A stretch of 64,000 bases of DNA from Pseudomonadota bacterium (GTDB lineage: Bacteria > Pseudomonadota > Alphaproteobacteria > UBA2136 > JASBTF01): positions 68,885 through 132,884 of the forward strand of contig JASBTF010000001.1 in NCBI GenBank assembly GCA_030148545.1, given 5' to 3'. This document shows positions 21,135 through 31,631 of this stretch, piece after piece. Under the pieces are notes generated by a model. It searched no databases. It saw only the letters and a list, made by a program, of their open reading frames with translations, and had not been told where the DNA came from. The position numbers were made by a program, and so were the translations under genes. Numbering within the stretch: the stretch's first letter is position 1; the number at the start of each line of letters is the position of its first letter.

Positions 21135-22568
21135 TTATTTCTGTGCTTCGTTGCGGCCAACCATTTGCTCGGGGCGCATCCAGGTGTCGAACTCTTCGGC
21201 CGTTACATGGCCTAGGGCAACAGCAGCTTCTTTTAGCGTTGTGCCTTCGGCGTGCGCTTTTTTAGCGACGGCGGCGGCATTATCGTACCCAATGTGTGGG
21301 TTAAGCGCTGTTACCAGCATGAGTGACTCTTGCAGTAATGTATTAATACGTTCGCGGTTTGGCTCAATACCGGCAACACAACGGTCAGCAAAGCTGGTGC
21401 AGGCATCGCCCAGCAGTTGGGCACTTTGCAGATAGTTGTGGATGATCATTGGCTTAAACACATTGAGCTCAAAGTGGCCTTGCATGGCACCTACGGTAAT
21501 GGCGGTGTCGTTACCCATGACTTGTGCGCACACCATGGTCATGGCCTCGGCCTGAGTTGGGTTTACTTTGCCAGGCATAATAGAGCTACCAGGTTCGTTG
21601 CTTGGTAGCAGTAGTTCACCAATGCCGCAGCGTGGCCCGCTGCCCAGCAAACGAATGTCGTTCGCAATTTTCATACACGCTGTTGCCAATGCCTTTAGAG
21701 CACCATGAGCAACCACCAGTGGCTCATGGCTAGAAAGACCGGCAAATAGGTTTGGTGCATGGCTAAATGGCGCCTCGGTCAAGCGGCTAAGCTCGGCTGT
21801 AACACGTTGGCCAAACTCAGGGTGCGTATTTAGCCCTGTGCCCACAGCGGTGCCCCCAATAGTGAGCTGTGCAATAGCTGGCAGGCTTTGCTCTACAGCC
21901 TGAATAGCGGTGTTGAGCTGGGCCACATAGCCTGAAAATTCTTGGCCGAGGGTAAGAGGGGTGGCGTCTTGCAGGTGGGTGCGGCCAATTTTAATAATAT
22001 GCTCAAAAGCATCTACTTTTTCGGCCAGTTTATCGCGCAGGTAACTTGCAGCTGGCAGCAGGTGGCTGGTGGTGTAGAGGTAGGCCGCAATGTGCATGGC
22101 GGTTGGGAAGGTATCGTTACTGGATTGGCCATGGTTTACATGGTCGTTGGGGTGGATAGGGTCTTTACTGCCCAACTCGCCGCCTAGCGCCACGTTAGCG
22201 TGGTTTGCCAGTACCTCGTTAAAATTCATGTTGGTTTGGGTGCCGCTACCAGTTTGCCAAACAACCAGCGGAAATTCTTGGTTTAGTTTGCCGTTCACCA
22301 CTTCATCAGCGGCTTTGCAAATGGCATCTGCGTGCTCGCGCTCAATACGGCCAAGGTCGGCATTTACGGTGGCCGCAGATTTTTTTAGGAGTGCAAAGGC
22401 TTGCAAAAAAGGTGTGCTAAAGCGTTGGTCACCAATTGGAAAGTTTTGCAGTGAACGCTGTGTTTGCGCGCCCCACAGCCGCTCGGCGGGGACTTGTACC
22501 GCACCCATGGTGTCGTTTTCGGTACGGGTGGGTGTGTCTTGGTTAAGCGCAGTTGCTGGCGTTGCCAT
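21135..22568 (-). CDS. fumC: Fumarate hydratase class II
   Basis: [13 protein letters not shown] and [17 protein letters not shown] signatures. The ORF runs to 22697, but the start is placed at MATPATALN… to match FumC N-termini. Confidence 0.9.
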   Translation of the reverse strand: MATPATALNQDTPTRTENDTMGAVQVPAERLWGAQTQRSLQNFPIGDQRFSTPFLQAFALLKKSAATVNADLGRIEREHADAICKAADEVVNGKLNQEFPLVVWQTGSGTQTNMNFNEVLANHANVALGGELGSKDPIHPNDHVNHGQSSNDTFPTAMHIAAYLYTTSHLLPAASYLRDKLAEKVDAFEHIIKIGRTHLQDATPLTLGQEFSGYVAQLNTAIQAVEQSLPAIAQLTIGGTAVGTGLNTHPEFGQRVTAELSRLTEAPFSHAPNLFAGLSSHEPLVVAHGALKALATACMKIANDIRLLGSGPRCGIGELLLPSNEPGSSIMPGKVNPTQAEAMTMVCAQVMGNDTAITVGAMQGHFELNVFKPMIIHNYLQSAQLLGDACTSFADRCVAGIEPNRERINTLLQESLMLVTALNPHIGYDNAAAVAKKAHAEGTTLKEAAVALGHVTAEEFDTWMRPEQMVGRNEAQK

Positions 22569-22744
22569 TGGGGTCTTTCCTTGTTTTTGGTGGGTTAATG
22601 CTACGCAGATGTTGCGTGTGGTCAAGCTTTTCTGGCTGAGTTTGGGTGCTTTGCTGGCATGGTGTGGTGTATAGATATCGCGGTTTTTGCTTTGCAAATG
22701 GCGTTATATGGCTTAGAAAACAGCTCGTGCCATTAGGCACGAGC

Positions 22745-22821
22745 GGGCGGATAGCTCAGTTGGTTAGAGCAGGGCACTCATAATGCCTTGGTCGGGGGTT
22801 CAAGTCCCTCTCCGCCTACCA
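22745..22821 (+). tRNA. tRNA with CAU anticodon (elongator Met or Ile2/lysidine type)
   Basis: GGGCGGATAGCTCAGTTGGTTAGAGCAGGGCACTCATAATGCCTTGGTCGGGGGTTCAAGTCCCTCTCCGCCTACCA. Cloverleaf with a CTCATAA anticodon loop. Confidence 0.85.
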
Positions 22822-22920
22822 GTTTTTTTATCGTCGATTCTGATTGTAATTCCATTGTGTTTTGAGTAACACTGTACACAGTAACAAAAGCGTTTTGGCA
22901 GCATGACTAAGGAGATAGAA

Positions 22921-24615
22921 ATGCTGAAAATTGTAAGTGCGCAATTTAACCCAACTGTGGGTGATATTGCCGGAAACTCTGAACTGATTGCAAACGCCGC
23001 CAGTATTGGTTTGCTGAAAGCTGGTACAGATGCACTGGTGGTGTGCCCTGAAATGTGCTTGGCCGGTTACCCGGTGGAGGACCTGGTACTGCAGCACGGC
23101 TTTGTTGAAGAGTGTATGGAAGCGGCTGAAAGCCTTGCTTATCGGTTGCCACATGTTGTGGCGGTACTGTTTGGCACGCCGTGGCGTGAGAATGGCAAGT
23201 GCTATAACGCAGCAGTGCTGGCTTATGATGGTAAAATCCAGCATGTGTTCAAAAAAACTGAACTGCCAAATTATGGCGTGTTTGATGAAAAACGCATTTT
23301 TGATGCGGGTGAGCCAGCGGTTTTCCGTTGGAAAGGGCACTGCATTGGTGTCGCCATTTGTGAGGATATTTGGCACCCTCGGGTATGCCAGCAGCTCAAA
23401 GCTGGTGGTGCTGAGCTGATTGTATCACCCAATGGTTCACCATGGGATAATGCCAAGTTTGATAGCCGGGTGCCAGAAGTGCATGATCGGGTTAAAGAGG
23501 TTGGTTTGCCTATTTTGTACGTCAACCAATGGGGCGGGCAGGATGAACTGGTGTTTGATGGCCAGTCGTTTGCCCTCAACCCTCATGGGGGCAAGGCTTA
23601 CCAAGCGAGCGGTTGGGGTGATGAGCTTGCGCTGATAACTTTCGACAAGGGTGAGTTTACCCGTGCCGAGAAAATTGGTGGTGACAGCATTGCTATTGAT
23701 TGGGAGGCTGACGGCGCCCGCCATGATGCCCTGTACCGGGCAATGGTGGTGGGTCTGCGCGACTATCTTCACAAAAATCGCTTTAAGCAGGTTGTGCTTG
23801 GCCTATCTGGCGGGGTGGATTCTGCGCTGGTGGCCACCATGGCTGCCGATGCCATTGGTGCCGAGAATGTCACTGCGGTGCTACTGCCGTCCCAAATCTC
23901 TTCAGATCACTCTAAGAGTGATGCTTGGGACTTGGTGAATCGCCAGGGTCTCAACAGCACGCTGCTGGAGATTCAGCCGACGGTGGATGCTCTGCGTGCA
24001 GCGCTTGCTGATGAAGACCTCAGCGGTGTTGCTGGCGAAAATCTGCAAGCGCGTGCGCGTGGGAATATCCTGATGGGCATTGCCAACGCACGGCCCAACA
24101 CCATGCTGCTCTCCACCGGCAATAAGTCGGAGGTGAGCGTGGGCTACGCGACGCTGTATGGCGATATGGCCGGCGGCTTTAACCCGCTGAAAGACATCTA
24201 TAAAACCGATGTTTTTGCGCTGTGCCGTTGGCGTAACTCGGCCGCGGGTGCGGCGGTGTGGGGTGAGCCGGATGTGATTCCTGAAAACATCCTCACCAAG
24301 CCCCCCTCAGCCGAGCTTTCGGAAGATCAGGTAGATACGGACAGCTTGCCAGAATATGATACGCTGGATTACCTGCTTAAGCTGATGTTGGAAGACCGCT
24401 GTAGCCCGCAGCAAATTCTGGCTGCTGGAGCAGCAGACCCAGAGGTAGCCAAAAAAGTATGGAACCTGGTGTTCCGTGCCGAGCACAAGCGTCGTCAAGC
24501 GTGCCCAGGTGTGCGGGTAACACCGCTTTCCCACGGTGCGCGTGATCGTCGCTTCCCGATCACCAACGGGTGGCAAGCGGCGTTCGAACTGGCTGCGGCC
24601 GAGGTTGCCGCGTAA
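22921..24615 (+). CDS. nadE: Glutamine-dependent NAD+ synthetase (nitrilase domain plus NAD synthase domain)
   Basis: N-terminal CN-hydrolase (MLKIVSAQFNPTVGD…). PP-loop GLSGGVDSALVA. Strong RBS AAGGAGA before ATG 22921. Confidence 0.9.
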   Translation: MLKIVSAQFNPTVGDIAGNSELIANAASIGLLKAGTDALVVCPEMCLAGYPVEDLVLQHGFVEECMEAAESLAYRLPHVVAVLFGTPWRENGKCYNAAVLAYDGKIQHVFKKTELPNYGVFDEKRIFDAGEPAVFRWKGHCIGVAICEDIWHPRVCQQLKAGGAELIVSPNGSPWDNAKFDSRVPEVHDRVKEVGLPILYVNQWGGQDELVFDGQSFALNPHGGKAYQASGWGDELALITFDKGEFTRAEKIGGDSIAIDWEADGARHDALYRAMVVGLRDYLHKNRFKQVVLGLSGGVDSALVATMAADAIGAENVTAVLLPSQISSDHSKSDAWDLVNRQGLNSTLLEIQPTVDALRAALADEDLSGVAGENLQARARGNILMGIANARPNTMLLSTGNKSEVSVGYATLYGDMAGGFNPLKDIYKTDVFALCRWRNSAAGAAVWGEPDVIPENILTKPPSAELSEDQVDTDSLPEYDTLDYLLKLMLEDRCSPQQILAAGAADPEVAKKVWNLVFRAEHKRRQACPGVRVTPLSHGARDRRFPITNGWQAAFELAAAEVAA

Positions 24616-24637
24616 ACACACCGAACATCGATACTCA

Positions 24638-24670
24638 AAAGGGGGTGCTGCGGCGCCCCCTCATTTTTTA
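24638..24670 (+). terminator. Putative terminator after nadE
   Basis: GGGGGTGCtgcgGCGCCCCC followed by TCATTTTTTA. Confidence 0.4.
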
Positions 24671-24746
24671 CTTGCTAAGTCAATATTGTATACTTATAAG
24701 TATGTCACACCAAAACGTTTCACATCTTACCTTGAAGGAGCCTCCG

Positions 24747-25430
24747 ATGACGGAAGTTACGTTTATACCCTATGACGAGCGCTACACTGCGCCTACTGTT
24801 TTTACCCAGCTGTTTGGTTTTTTTGCTCAACGTGATGTGCCGGCATGCATTTATGGTAGTGCGGTGCGGGACCATTTTTTTGGCGTGCCATGGCGGGAAG
24901 GTCAAGATATTGATGTATCTGTTTGTGGTAAAGCTTGGTGTGGTGATTCGATGCGTCAAGAACGCAAGGAATTTGCAATGAATTTGCCGCATCAACGTTT
25001 TGTGACACAAATGATGATGCAAGGTAAAGTGGCACCATTTATGGTGATGCGATTGCTGGCGGAATCTCCGTTGATTGCAGAAACTGGTCAAATGGCAGCA
25101 CACCCCTTTGAAATTTCGGTTGCCCGAAAATTTGAAGGTGCGGCATCAAAAATAGCGGATACGGATATTGGTATCTGCGGTATTGCGGCTGATCAACAAG
25201 GTCTTTGGGTAACGGAAGCTTTTCAGCATGATAATATGAATGAAACGCTGACAGTAGCGCGTTGCCGTGATGTGCGTGATGCTAGTCGAACGGTTCAGCG
25301 ATTGGCAAAACTGCAAGAAATAGAATTTTTTGCCGATTGGACTATTGTTTGGCCTTCAGCGTTTGAAGATTTCCGTGCTGAGGCACAGGCTGAGCTGGAT
25401 GCCAAGGCAGCAACTGTTGCCGCTGAGTAA
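24747..25430 (+). CDS. Minimal Pol-beta-superfamily nucleotidyltransferase (CCA/poly(A) polymerase head-domain-like)
   Basis: IYGSAVRDHFFGVPWREGQDIDVSV matches the hG[GS]xVRD…DhD head motif. RBS GAAGGAG before ATG 24747. The ORF track extends upstream to 24570, overlapping nadE. Confidence 0.5.
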   Translation: MTEVTFIPYDERYTAPTVFTQLFGFFAQRDVPACIYGSAVRDHFFGVPWREGQDIDVSVCGKAWCGDSMRQERKEFAMNLPHQRFVTQMMMQGKVAPFMVMRLLAESPLIAETGQMAAHPFEISVARKFEGAASKIADTDIGICGIAADQQGLWVTEAFQHDNMNETLTVARCRDVRDASRTVQRLAKLQEIEFFADWTIVWPSAFEDFRAEAQAELDAKAATVAAE

Positions 25431-25443
25431 ATACTGAAACTCA

Positions 25444-25480
25444 AAAAAGGGAGGGCCTAGTGCCCTCCCTTAGTTTTTGT
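25444..25480. terminator. Bidirectional terminator between convergent genes
   Basis: GGGAGGGCctagtGCCCTCCC with flanking A/T runs. Confidence 0.5.
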
Positions 25481-25491
25481 AGTGTTATGCA

Positions 25492-27153
25492 CTATGCGGT
25501 GGCTTGTGCAGCTTCCTCGGTTGTGGTGGCTGCTGGTGCGGCCTCTGCACTTGCTTCATCTTCAGCGGTTTCTTCGTCGCTGTTTTCGTTCGCAAACCAG
25601 TGCTTACGCGCTTCCATAATCATACGCTCAGCTTGCTTGTCGGTTAGGGTACCGGCTGGCAGCATTTCTTGCAGCTCGTCGGTTGCCAAGTCGGCCAAGT
25701 CGTCACGCGTTACCACTTTGTTTTCAGCCAAGTGCACCAAAATATCGGTGTTGAGGCCTGGCAACGTTACCAAGTCGTCCTGAACTTTCAGTTCTTGCAG
25801 GCGCTTGGTTTGCTCGGTTACAGCGGCTTCGGCACGGTTCTGCAGCTCGGTTGCAATACCTTCGTCAAAGCCTTCAATACCTGCTAGCTCGCCGGTGGAA
25901 ATCTTCAGCAGATCTTCCACACCGCTAAAGCCTTCACCAATCAGCAGGCGGGCCAAAGTTTCGTCCACATCCAGCTTTTGCATAAAGCTTTGTGATAGGG
26001 CAGAGAACTCGGCAGCGCGGCGCTCGGATTCTTCCTGTTCGGTCATCACGTCGATGTCCCAACCGGTGAGGATAGAAGCCAGACGCACGTTTTGACCACG
26101 ACGGCCAATAGCTTGGCTGAGCTTGTCTTCTGGTACCACTACTTCCATGCGGCCTTCAGCTTCATCTACCACAACTTTGGTTACTTCGGCTGGTGCCATG
26201 GCACGTACCAAGAACGTTGCTGGGTCGGCTGACCATTCAATAATGTCCACGCGCTCACCTTGTAGCTCGGTGGTTACCGCTTGCACACGTACACCACGGA
26301 TACCAACACAGGCACCTACTGGGTCCATGTTACGGTCGGAGCTTTTTACCGCCATTTTAGCGCGGAAGCCTGGGTCACGTGATACGGCCAGTACTTCAAT
26401 AACGTCGTTAGCAATTTCGGGCACTTCCTCGGCGAATAGTTTTGCCAAGAACTGTGGGTGAGTACGCGAAATGAAGATTTGCGGGCCACGTTGGCGTTGC
26501 TCAACCTTGTACACGTAAGCACGTACACGGTCGTTCACGCGGAAAGTTTCACGTTGGATAATTTCTTCACGCGGGAGGAAGGCTTCGGCCTTACCTAGGT
26601 CCACATATGTACCGTGGTATTCCACACGCTTTACAATACCGCTAATGATTTGACCAACGCTGTCTTGGTATTCTTCAAACTCGTGGCCACGCTCAACGTC
26701 GCGCACTTTTTGCACAATTACTTGCTTGGCAGCTTGGGCAGCAATACGGCCAAAGTCCATTGGAGGTAGCTCGCCAATAATGAACTCACCCAAGGTGATG
26801 TCTTTGTTCTGCTTTTTAGCTTCTTTTAGTACAATTTGGTTGGCGCTTTCTTGCACAGGCTTGCCGTTTTCATCCAGTGCTGGCTGCATTTCTGGATCAC
26901 GGTTTTCACGTGCTGCAAGGCGGATTTCATCTGGGCTTACTGGTTCCATAACCACTTCAACTACTTCTTGTAGTTTCTTTAGGGTTACTTCACCGCTCAA
27001 ACGGTCCAGTGTGGCATCTACGTTAAGGTCCATACCAAATTTACGGCGTGCACCCATCGCAATGGCGGATTCCATTACTTCTAGTACTTGCTCTTTATCA
27101 ATATTTTTTTCGCGGGCTACGGCCTCGGCTACTTGTAGGAACTCGATCCCCAT
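25492..27153 (-). CDS. nusA: Transcription termination/antitermination factor NusA
   Basis: MGIEFLQVAEAVAREKNI… S1, KH and acidic C-terminal repeat regions. Downstream of rimP. Confidence 0.95.
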   Translation of the reverse strand: MGIEFLQVAEAVAREKNIDKEQVLEVMESAIAMGARRKFGMDLNVDATLDRLSGEVTLKKLQEVVEVVMEPVSPDEIRLAARENRDPEMQPALDENGKPVQESANQIVLKEAKKQNKDITLGEFIIGELPPMDFGRIAAQAAKQVIVQKVRDVERGHEFEEYQDSVGQIISGIVKRVEYHGTYVDLGKAEAFLPREEIIQRETFRVNDRVRAYVYKVEQRQRGPQIFISRTHPQFLAKLFAEEVPEIANDVIEVLAVSRDPGFRAKMAVKSSDRNMDPVGACVGIRGVRVQAVTTELQGERVDIIEWSADPATFLVRAMAPAEVTKVVVDEAEGRMEVVVPEDKLSQAIGRRGQNVRLASILTGWDIDVMTEQEESERRAAEFSALSQSFMQKLDVDETLARLLIGEGFSGVEDLLKISTGELAGIEGFDEGIATELQNRAEAAVTEQTKRLQELKVQDDLVTLPGLNTDILVHLAENKVVTRDDLADLATDELQEMLPAGTLTDKQAERMIMEARKHWFANENSDEETAEDEASAEAAPAATTTEEAAQATA

Positions 27154-27165
27154 GATGTTTTCTCC

Positions 27166-27675
27166 TTATTGATTTTCGTTTTGTTTAAATAGTTTCTTCC
27201 ACTCGGTATCGCTGAGTGTGAGGTGCGCATTGCTAATGGCTTCTGGGTCAAAGTGCACGGGGGTGCCGCCAATGTTCAGAATCACGTAGCCATCCTCGGT
27301 ACCGCCAACCAAACCTTCGAACGTTTTTTTACCGTCGATAGGGGCAAACAGCTTAATTTTACCTTGGCGGCCGCTAAAGCGTTCAAAGTCTTCCATTTTG
27401 GTCAGTGGACGTTCCACGCCAGCACTGCTTACTTCTAGCTCGTAACGACCAGGAATAATATCTTCCACATCTAGCTGAGCGCTAATGCTGCGGCTAATAG
27501 CGGTGCAGGTGTCTAGCGGAATATTCTTTGCTGGGTCAGCATCTTCCACCAATACTTGTACATGGCCTTTACCACCAGTACGCACGCTGATACTTACCAG
27601 TGCAGCGTTATATTCCGGCAGTAGCGGTTCTACCAGTGCGGTTACCTTTTGTTCTAAAGCTGTCGGTTGTTTCAC
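27166..27675 (-). CDS. rimP: Ribosome maturation factor RimP
   Basis: Conserved position upstream of nusA. …ALVEPLLPEYNAALVSISV…. Confidence 0.9.
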   Translation of the reverse strand: MKQPTALEQKVTALVEPLLPEYNAALVSISVRTGGKGHVQVLVEDADPAKNIPLDTCTAISRSISAQLDVEDIIPGRYELEVSSAGVERPLTKMEDFERFSGRQGKIKLFAPIDGKKTFEGLVGGTEDGYVILNIGGTPVHFDPEAISNAHLTLSDTEWKKLFKQNENQ

Positions 27676-27948
27676 CTACGTTGCTCCTTTGTACAAAATT
27701 GTTTCTGTGAGCGATTTCTTCATTTTTGCTGCGCTTTCGCCGTGCTCAGGTAGGTTAACTACGGTCCGCGCGACGTTCTCGCAAAAATGAACATCTCATC
27801 TCGCAGAGAACAATTTGAATTGTTTTCCCTGTACTAGGTATATCAAAATCCGCCGTGGGCATGCCCACGTTGACGCTCCTCTTCGCAGTCAACGAAAATA
27901 TACGTAAAGTACACTTGCCTTTTAGGGGGTTTCGGCGCCTTTGGCAAG

Positions 27949-28626
27949 CTATTTCTGCACGCCAAAGCGCAGGTACCAGTTATGCCGACTTTCTTGCTCA
28001 GCTTTGTTTTGGTACTTTGTTTTGGTCCAATCAGCTGGCGGGGTTGCTAAATCGGCAGGATTATTACTTTGTAGGACAAACCCACAATGGCTAATTGTGT
28101 GGGCCAACATCCAATGGGCGTAGTCGGCCCAGTCGGTCACCATCAGCAGTTCGCCTTCGGGCTTTAATACCCGCTGGGCATGGTCGAGGAACTCTTTTTG
28201 TACTAAGCGGCGTTTATGGTGGCGGGTTTTTGGCCATGGGTCGGGGTGGAGCACCAGCAGGCGATCAATGCTATCTGCTGGTAGCTGCTCTAGCAGAACG
28301 CGGGCGTCTTGCGGCCACAGGCGGACTATTTTGGCCGTAATATCCTGTGTTTCGAGCTGGTGTACACAGCTTTTAAGGCCGTCGAGAAACAGCTCCGCAC
28401 CAATGTGTAGGGTTTGTGGTGCTAGTTGCGCTCGATGAACAAGCGCACCGCCATTACCAAAGCCAATTTCTAGCTCCACATGGCGGTTTTCACCCAGTTG
28501 CGGTACCTCGGCAGGGTTAAAGGCGTAGGTGGCAAGGCGTTGTTGCAGCTTTTCTGCTACTTCGCCACGTACACGGCTGGTAACGCGGCCGGTGGTGGGC
28601 AATGGTGGGCGTGTTTCTGTACTCAT
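27949..28626 (-). CDS. trmB: tRNA (guanine46-N7)-methyltransferase
   Basis: …LVLHPDPWPKTRHHKRRLVQKEFL…LKPEGELLMVTDW… Start chosen at MSTETRPP. The ORF extends to 28812 with an unlikely K/R-rich extension. Confidence 0.85.
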   Translation of the reverse strand: MSTETRPPLPTTGRVTSRVRGEVAEKLQQRLATYAFNPAEVPQLGENRHVELEIGFGNGGALVHRAQLAPQTLHIGAELFLDGLKSCVHQLETQDITAKIVRLWPQDARVLLEQLPADSIDRLLVLHPDPWPKTRHHKRRLVQKEFLDHAQRVLKPEGELLMVTDWADYAHWMLAHTISHCGFVLQSNNPADLATPPADWTKTKYQNKAEQESRHNWYLRFGVQK

Positions 28627-28719
28627 GCTGGCCTTATAGGCCGTATACCTCACCTTGACAAGTGTATACCCTGTGGTTAATGTTGCTAAAATCTGATTTT
28701 TCCTTTTAAGGAGGTAGTT

Positions 28720-29163
28720 ATGCCTGCAATTACGCCTGAAAATTTTCTTATGGTAGTAACGGTGGTGTTTAGTATTTTGAATGGATTTTTTGCGATTCTT
28801 TTTATTGGTCATAACAGTGCTAAGCCTTGGAATTATATTTTTGCTGTGGGGCTGCTGACAGCTGGTATGTTGTTATTAAAACTTTGTTTTAGGGCTCAGC
28901 CTGTTACTTGGCTGAGTTGGTCAGAATTTGGTTGGATTGTATTGGGTACATTGGTGCTAAATATTGCACTGCAAATTGCGCGTGCCCGTGCGGACAAAAT
29001 TAAAGATAAAGTTTTTGAGGAAGAGTATCTCCCCAACCGTGAGGATGCTGGCTTAGCTAAGTTTGGTGCTGCTGAGGATGTTGCTCTAACGTGGGGTGCT
29101 TATATGTCGTTTGTGCCAATTTTAGCCTTTTTCTCTGCGTTGATCATTTTTTCCTACATTTAA
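28720..29163 (+). CDS. Hypothetical integral membrane protein (147 aa)
   Basis: Strong RBS TAAGGAGG before the ATG. ~4 predicted TM helices. Confidence 0.5.
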   Translation: MPAITPENFLMVVTVVFSILNGFFAILFIGHNSAKPWNYIFAVGLLTAGMLLLKLCFRAQPVTWLSWSEFGWIVLGTLVLNIALQIARARADKIKDKVFEEEYLPNREDAGLAKFGAAEDVALTWGAYMSFVPILAFFSALIIFSYI

Positions 29164-29165
29164 TA

Positions 29166-29195
29166 TAAAAGCCCCCACTGCGGTGGGGGCTTTTA
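29166..29195 (+). terminator. Rho-independent terminator
   Basis: GCCCCCACtgcgGTGGGGGC followed by TTTTAT. Confidence 0.5.
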
Positions 29196-29297
29196 TGGTG
29201 TTGCTTGACAGGTGTATACGCTGTGGTAGGGTGCGGATAGACTTATCACAGCGTTTTTTGCCCTATCTGGGCCGCAGTTTTGCGAAAGGAAACTATC

Positions 29298-29849
29298 ATG
29301 AGCACCAAGGAATCGTTTTGGGCGCTATTTCGCTACTATGTTGTAGAGTTTTTGAAGTCATCACTTGTTAAGTGGATTGTAATTGGTTTTGCTGTTTTTA
29401 CACTTATGTTGAGTGCATTGGCATTGCTTTATAATGCTTCGTTACTGGTTTGGCTGTTGATTGGTGTACTTGCTTTGGCCATGGTGTTAACGATTATGGC
29501 TGTAGCTGTACTGGGCTCTTGGGTGTTGGCGCATGCCTTATCACGCAAATACGCCACTAAGTTGAGCTACCCTAAAGCGGCGCGTGAAGAGTACATGCAA
29601 CTGTGCCAACAAGGTGCGTTGACAGATGATTTGGCGAGCCTTATGGCAATACGTGACCAACAGGCTGATGCACAGCGGTGGAACGAAGAGCTAGCAGTTT
29701 TTCGCACAAAACTTAAAGCAGCTTGTGAGCCGATTCATATAGCAGCAAGTGACGAAAGGAGGCGTATCGCCAACAAGTGCAGAGAAAGCGTGTTAGCAAC
29801 ACAAGAGCATTTGTGTGCTGAGTATAATATGCCGCCTATCTTGACTTAA
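29298..29849 (+). CDS. Hypothetical membrane protein (2 TM plus cytoplasmic C-terminal domain)
   Basis: RBS AAAGGAAAC before ATG 29298. Hydrophobic helices at aa 25-75. Confidence 0.5.
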   Translation: MSTKESFWALFRYYVVEFLKSSLVKWIVIGFAVFTLMLSALALLYNASLLVWLLIGVLALAMVLTIMAVAVLGSWVLAHALSRKYATKLSYPKAAREEYMQLCQQGALTDDLASLMAIRDQQADAQRWNEELAVFRTKLKAACEPIHIAASDERRRIANKCRESVLATQEHLCAEYNMPPILT

Positions 29850-29852
29850 TAG

Positions 29853-29887
29853 AAAAACACCCCCGCTGTAGCGGGGGTGTTTTTTGT
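29853..29887. terminator. Bidirectional terminator
   Basis: ACACCCCCGCtgtaGCGGGGGTGT followed by TTTTTT. Preceded by an A-run that can serve the convergent metK. Confidence 0.55.
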
Positions 29888-29901
29888 GCGTCGTGTTTTG
29901 C

Positions 29902-31089
29902 TTAAGCGGTTTGTGCTTGTGGCTGTTGCACGGCGGCTTTTAGGGCGTCCACCAGGTCGGTTTTTTCCCAGCTGAAGTGTCCGTCAGCCGTTGGGGTACG
30001 GCCAAAGTGGCCATAAGCAGCAGTACGCTGGTACACCGCCTTAGTGAGGCCAAGGTGGTTGCGCAAGCCACGTGGGGTGAGGTCCGCCACTTGTTGCAGT
30101 GCTTGGCTGAGTTGTTCCTCGCTCACGCCTTTGGCGGTACCAAAGGTGGTTACGTAAACGGCAAGTGGTTCAGGCACGCCAATGGCGTAGCACAGTTGAA
30201 TTTCGCAACGGTCGGCAAGGCCGGCAGCTACCACGTTTTTGGCCAACCAACGGGCGGCATAAGCGGCGGAGCGGTCTACCTTGGTGGGGTCCTTACCACT
30301 AAAGGCACCGCCACCATGGCGGGCGGCACCACCATAAGTGTCGACAATAATTTTACGACCAGTAAGGCCAGTGTCGGTTGCTGGGCCACCGTTTACAAAG
30401 GAACCCGTTGGGTTTACCAAAATGCGGGTCGCATCTGTTACCCAGCCAGCTGGTAGTTCTTCTGCCATTACTTCTTGGAACAACGTGCGTAGTTCGTCTT
30501 GAGAGGCGTCGGCACTGTGCTGGTGGCTTAGCAGTGCCGTGTGCACGCCAGTGGGTTGGCCTGCGTCGTTATAGCTTAGGGTCAGCTGTGTTTTAGCATC
30601 GGGGCTTAGGCGTGTGTCGCCAGCTTTGCGGCGGTCGGCCAGGTTTTTCAGAATACGTTGGCAGTAGTGCAGTGCTGCGGGCATTAACTCTTCAGTTTCG
30701 TTACAGGCGTACCCAAACATAAGGCCTTGGTCGCCGGCGCCTTCGCTCTCGCGGTCACCAGCATCTACACCTTGGGCAATTTCTGCCGCTTGGCCGTGGA
30801 GGAGGTTTTCAATCGGCACGGTTGGAGCGTCGAAGTCGGCTTCAATACCATTTGTGTAGCCAATATCGGCAATGGCTTTACGCACAACGGCCTCGGCATC
30901 TACCGTGGCGGTGCTGCGAAACTCGCCAGCCAGTACAACTTTGTTGGTGGTTACCAAGGTCTCACACGCAACGCGGGCGCTTGGGTCTTGGCTTAGATAG
31001 GCATCAAGAATAGCATCGCTAATGGCATCTGCTACTTTGTCCGGGTGGCCTTCACTTACGGCCTCACTAGTAAATAAATATTCAGTCAT
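29902..31089 (-). CDS. metK: S-adenosylmethionine synthetase
   Basis: [30 protein letters not shown]… and the [23 protein letters not shown] signature. Confidence 0.95.
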   Translation of the reverse strand: MTEYLFTSEAVSEGHPDKVADAISDAILDAYLSQDPSARVACETLVTTNKVVLAGEFRSTATVDAEAVVRKAIADIGYTNGIEADFDAPTVPIENLLHGQAAEIAQGVDAGDRESEGAGDQGLMFGYACNETEELMPAALHYCQRILKNLADRRKAGDTRLSPDAKTQLTLSYNDAGQPTGVHTALLSHQHSADASQDELRTLFQEVMAEELPAGWVTDATRILVNPTGSFVNGGPATDTGLTGRKIIVDTYGGAARHGGGAFSGKDPTKVDRSAAYAARWLAKNVVAAGLADRCEIQLCYAIGVPEPLAVYVTTFGTAKGVSEEQLSQALQQVADLTPRGLRNHLGLTKAVYQRTAAYGHFGRTPTADGHFSWEKTDLVDALKAAVQQPQAQTA

Positions 31090-31174
31090 AACGCACACGC
31101 TAAAAGGTTATGCGGACCAATGCAAGCCAGTGCTGGTGTTTTGGCTTAAGGTTGTGTATGATTTGTGCACTCAA

Positions 31175-31624
31175 ATGGACACTGAACCAACCATAATCAC
31201 CGACGATTCTCTGCCTGATGTGGCGCCAGCGGCGCGCAAGGTGTGGGCGGTATTTACTGATTTTGCTACCGATACACAGCTCACGGCTACGATTCGGCTG
31301 TCGGACAATACCACTGTGCAGGCGCTTAACAAGCAGTTCCGTGGTAAGGACAAGCCAACCAATGTGTTGTCGTTCCTCGATGGTGAGGAAGAGGGTGGCG
31401 TGACGCAGCTGGGTGATATTATTTTGGCACAGGGTGTGGTGGTGGATGAAGCCGCCGCGCAGCAAAAAAGCTATGATGACCATTTGGTACACCTGATTTT
31501 ACATGGTTTATTGCACCTGTATGGCTACGACCATGAAGAAGATGCCGAAGCTGAAGAAATGGAAGCATTGGAAGTGCAGCTATTGCAAAAATTGGGTGTA
31601 GCAAACCCGTACGAAACAAAATGA
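31175..31624 (+). CDS. ybeY: Endoribonuclease YbeY
   Basis: HGLLHLYGYDHEEDAEAEEME zinc-binding H3xH5xH motif. Start chosen at MDTEPT. Confidence 0.85.
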   Translation: MDTEPTIITDDSLPDVAPAARKVWAVFTDFATDTQLTATIRLSDNTTVQALNKQFRGKDKPTNVLSFLDGEEEGGVTQLGDIILAQGVVVDEAAAQQKSYDDHLVHLILHGLLHLYGYDHEEDAEAEEMEALEVQLLQKLGVANPYETK

Positions 31625-31631
31625 GACGATA

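Noticed and set aside
24570-24746. Upstream extension of the nucleotidyltransferase ORF overlapping the nadE 3' end
   Set aside because: There is a strong RBS before ATG 24747, and the extension overlaps nadE and a terminator-like hairpin. The shorter gene is more plausible.
28627-28812. K/R/H-rich 62-aa N-terminal extension of TrmB
   Set aside because: The TrmB family starts near MSTETRPP. The extension is low-complexity and runs into the divergent promoter region.
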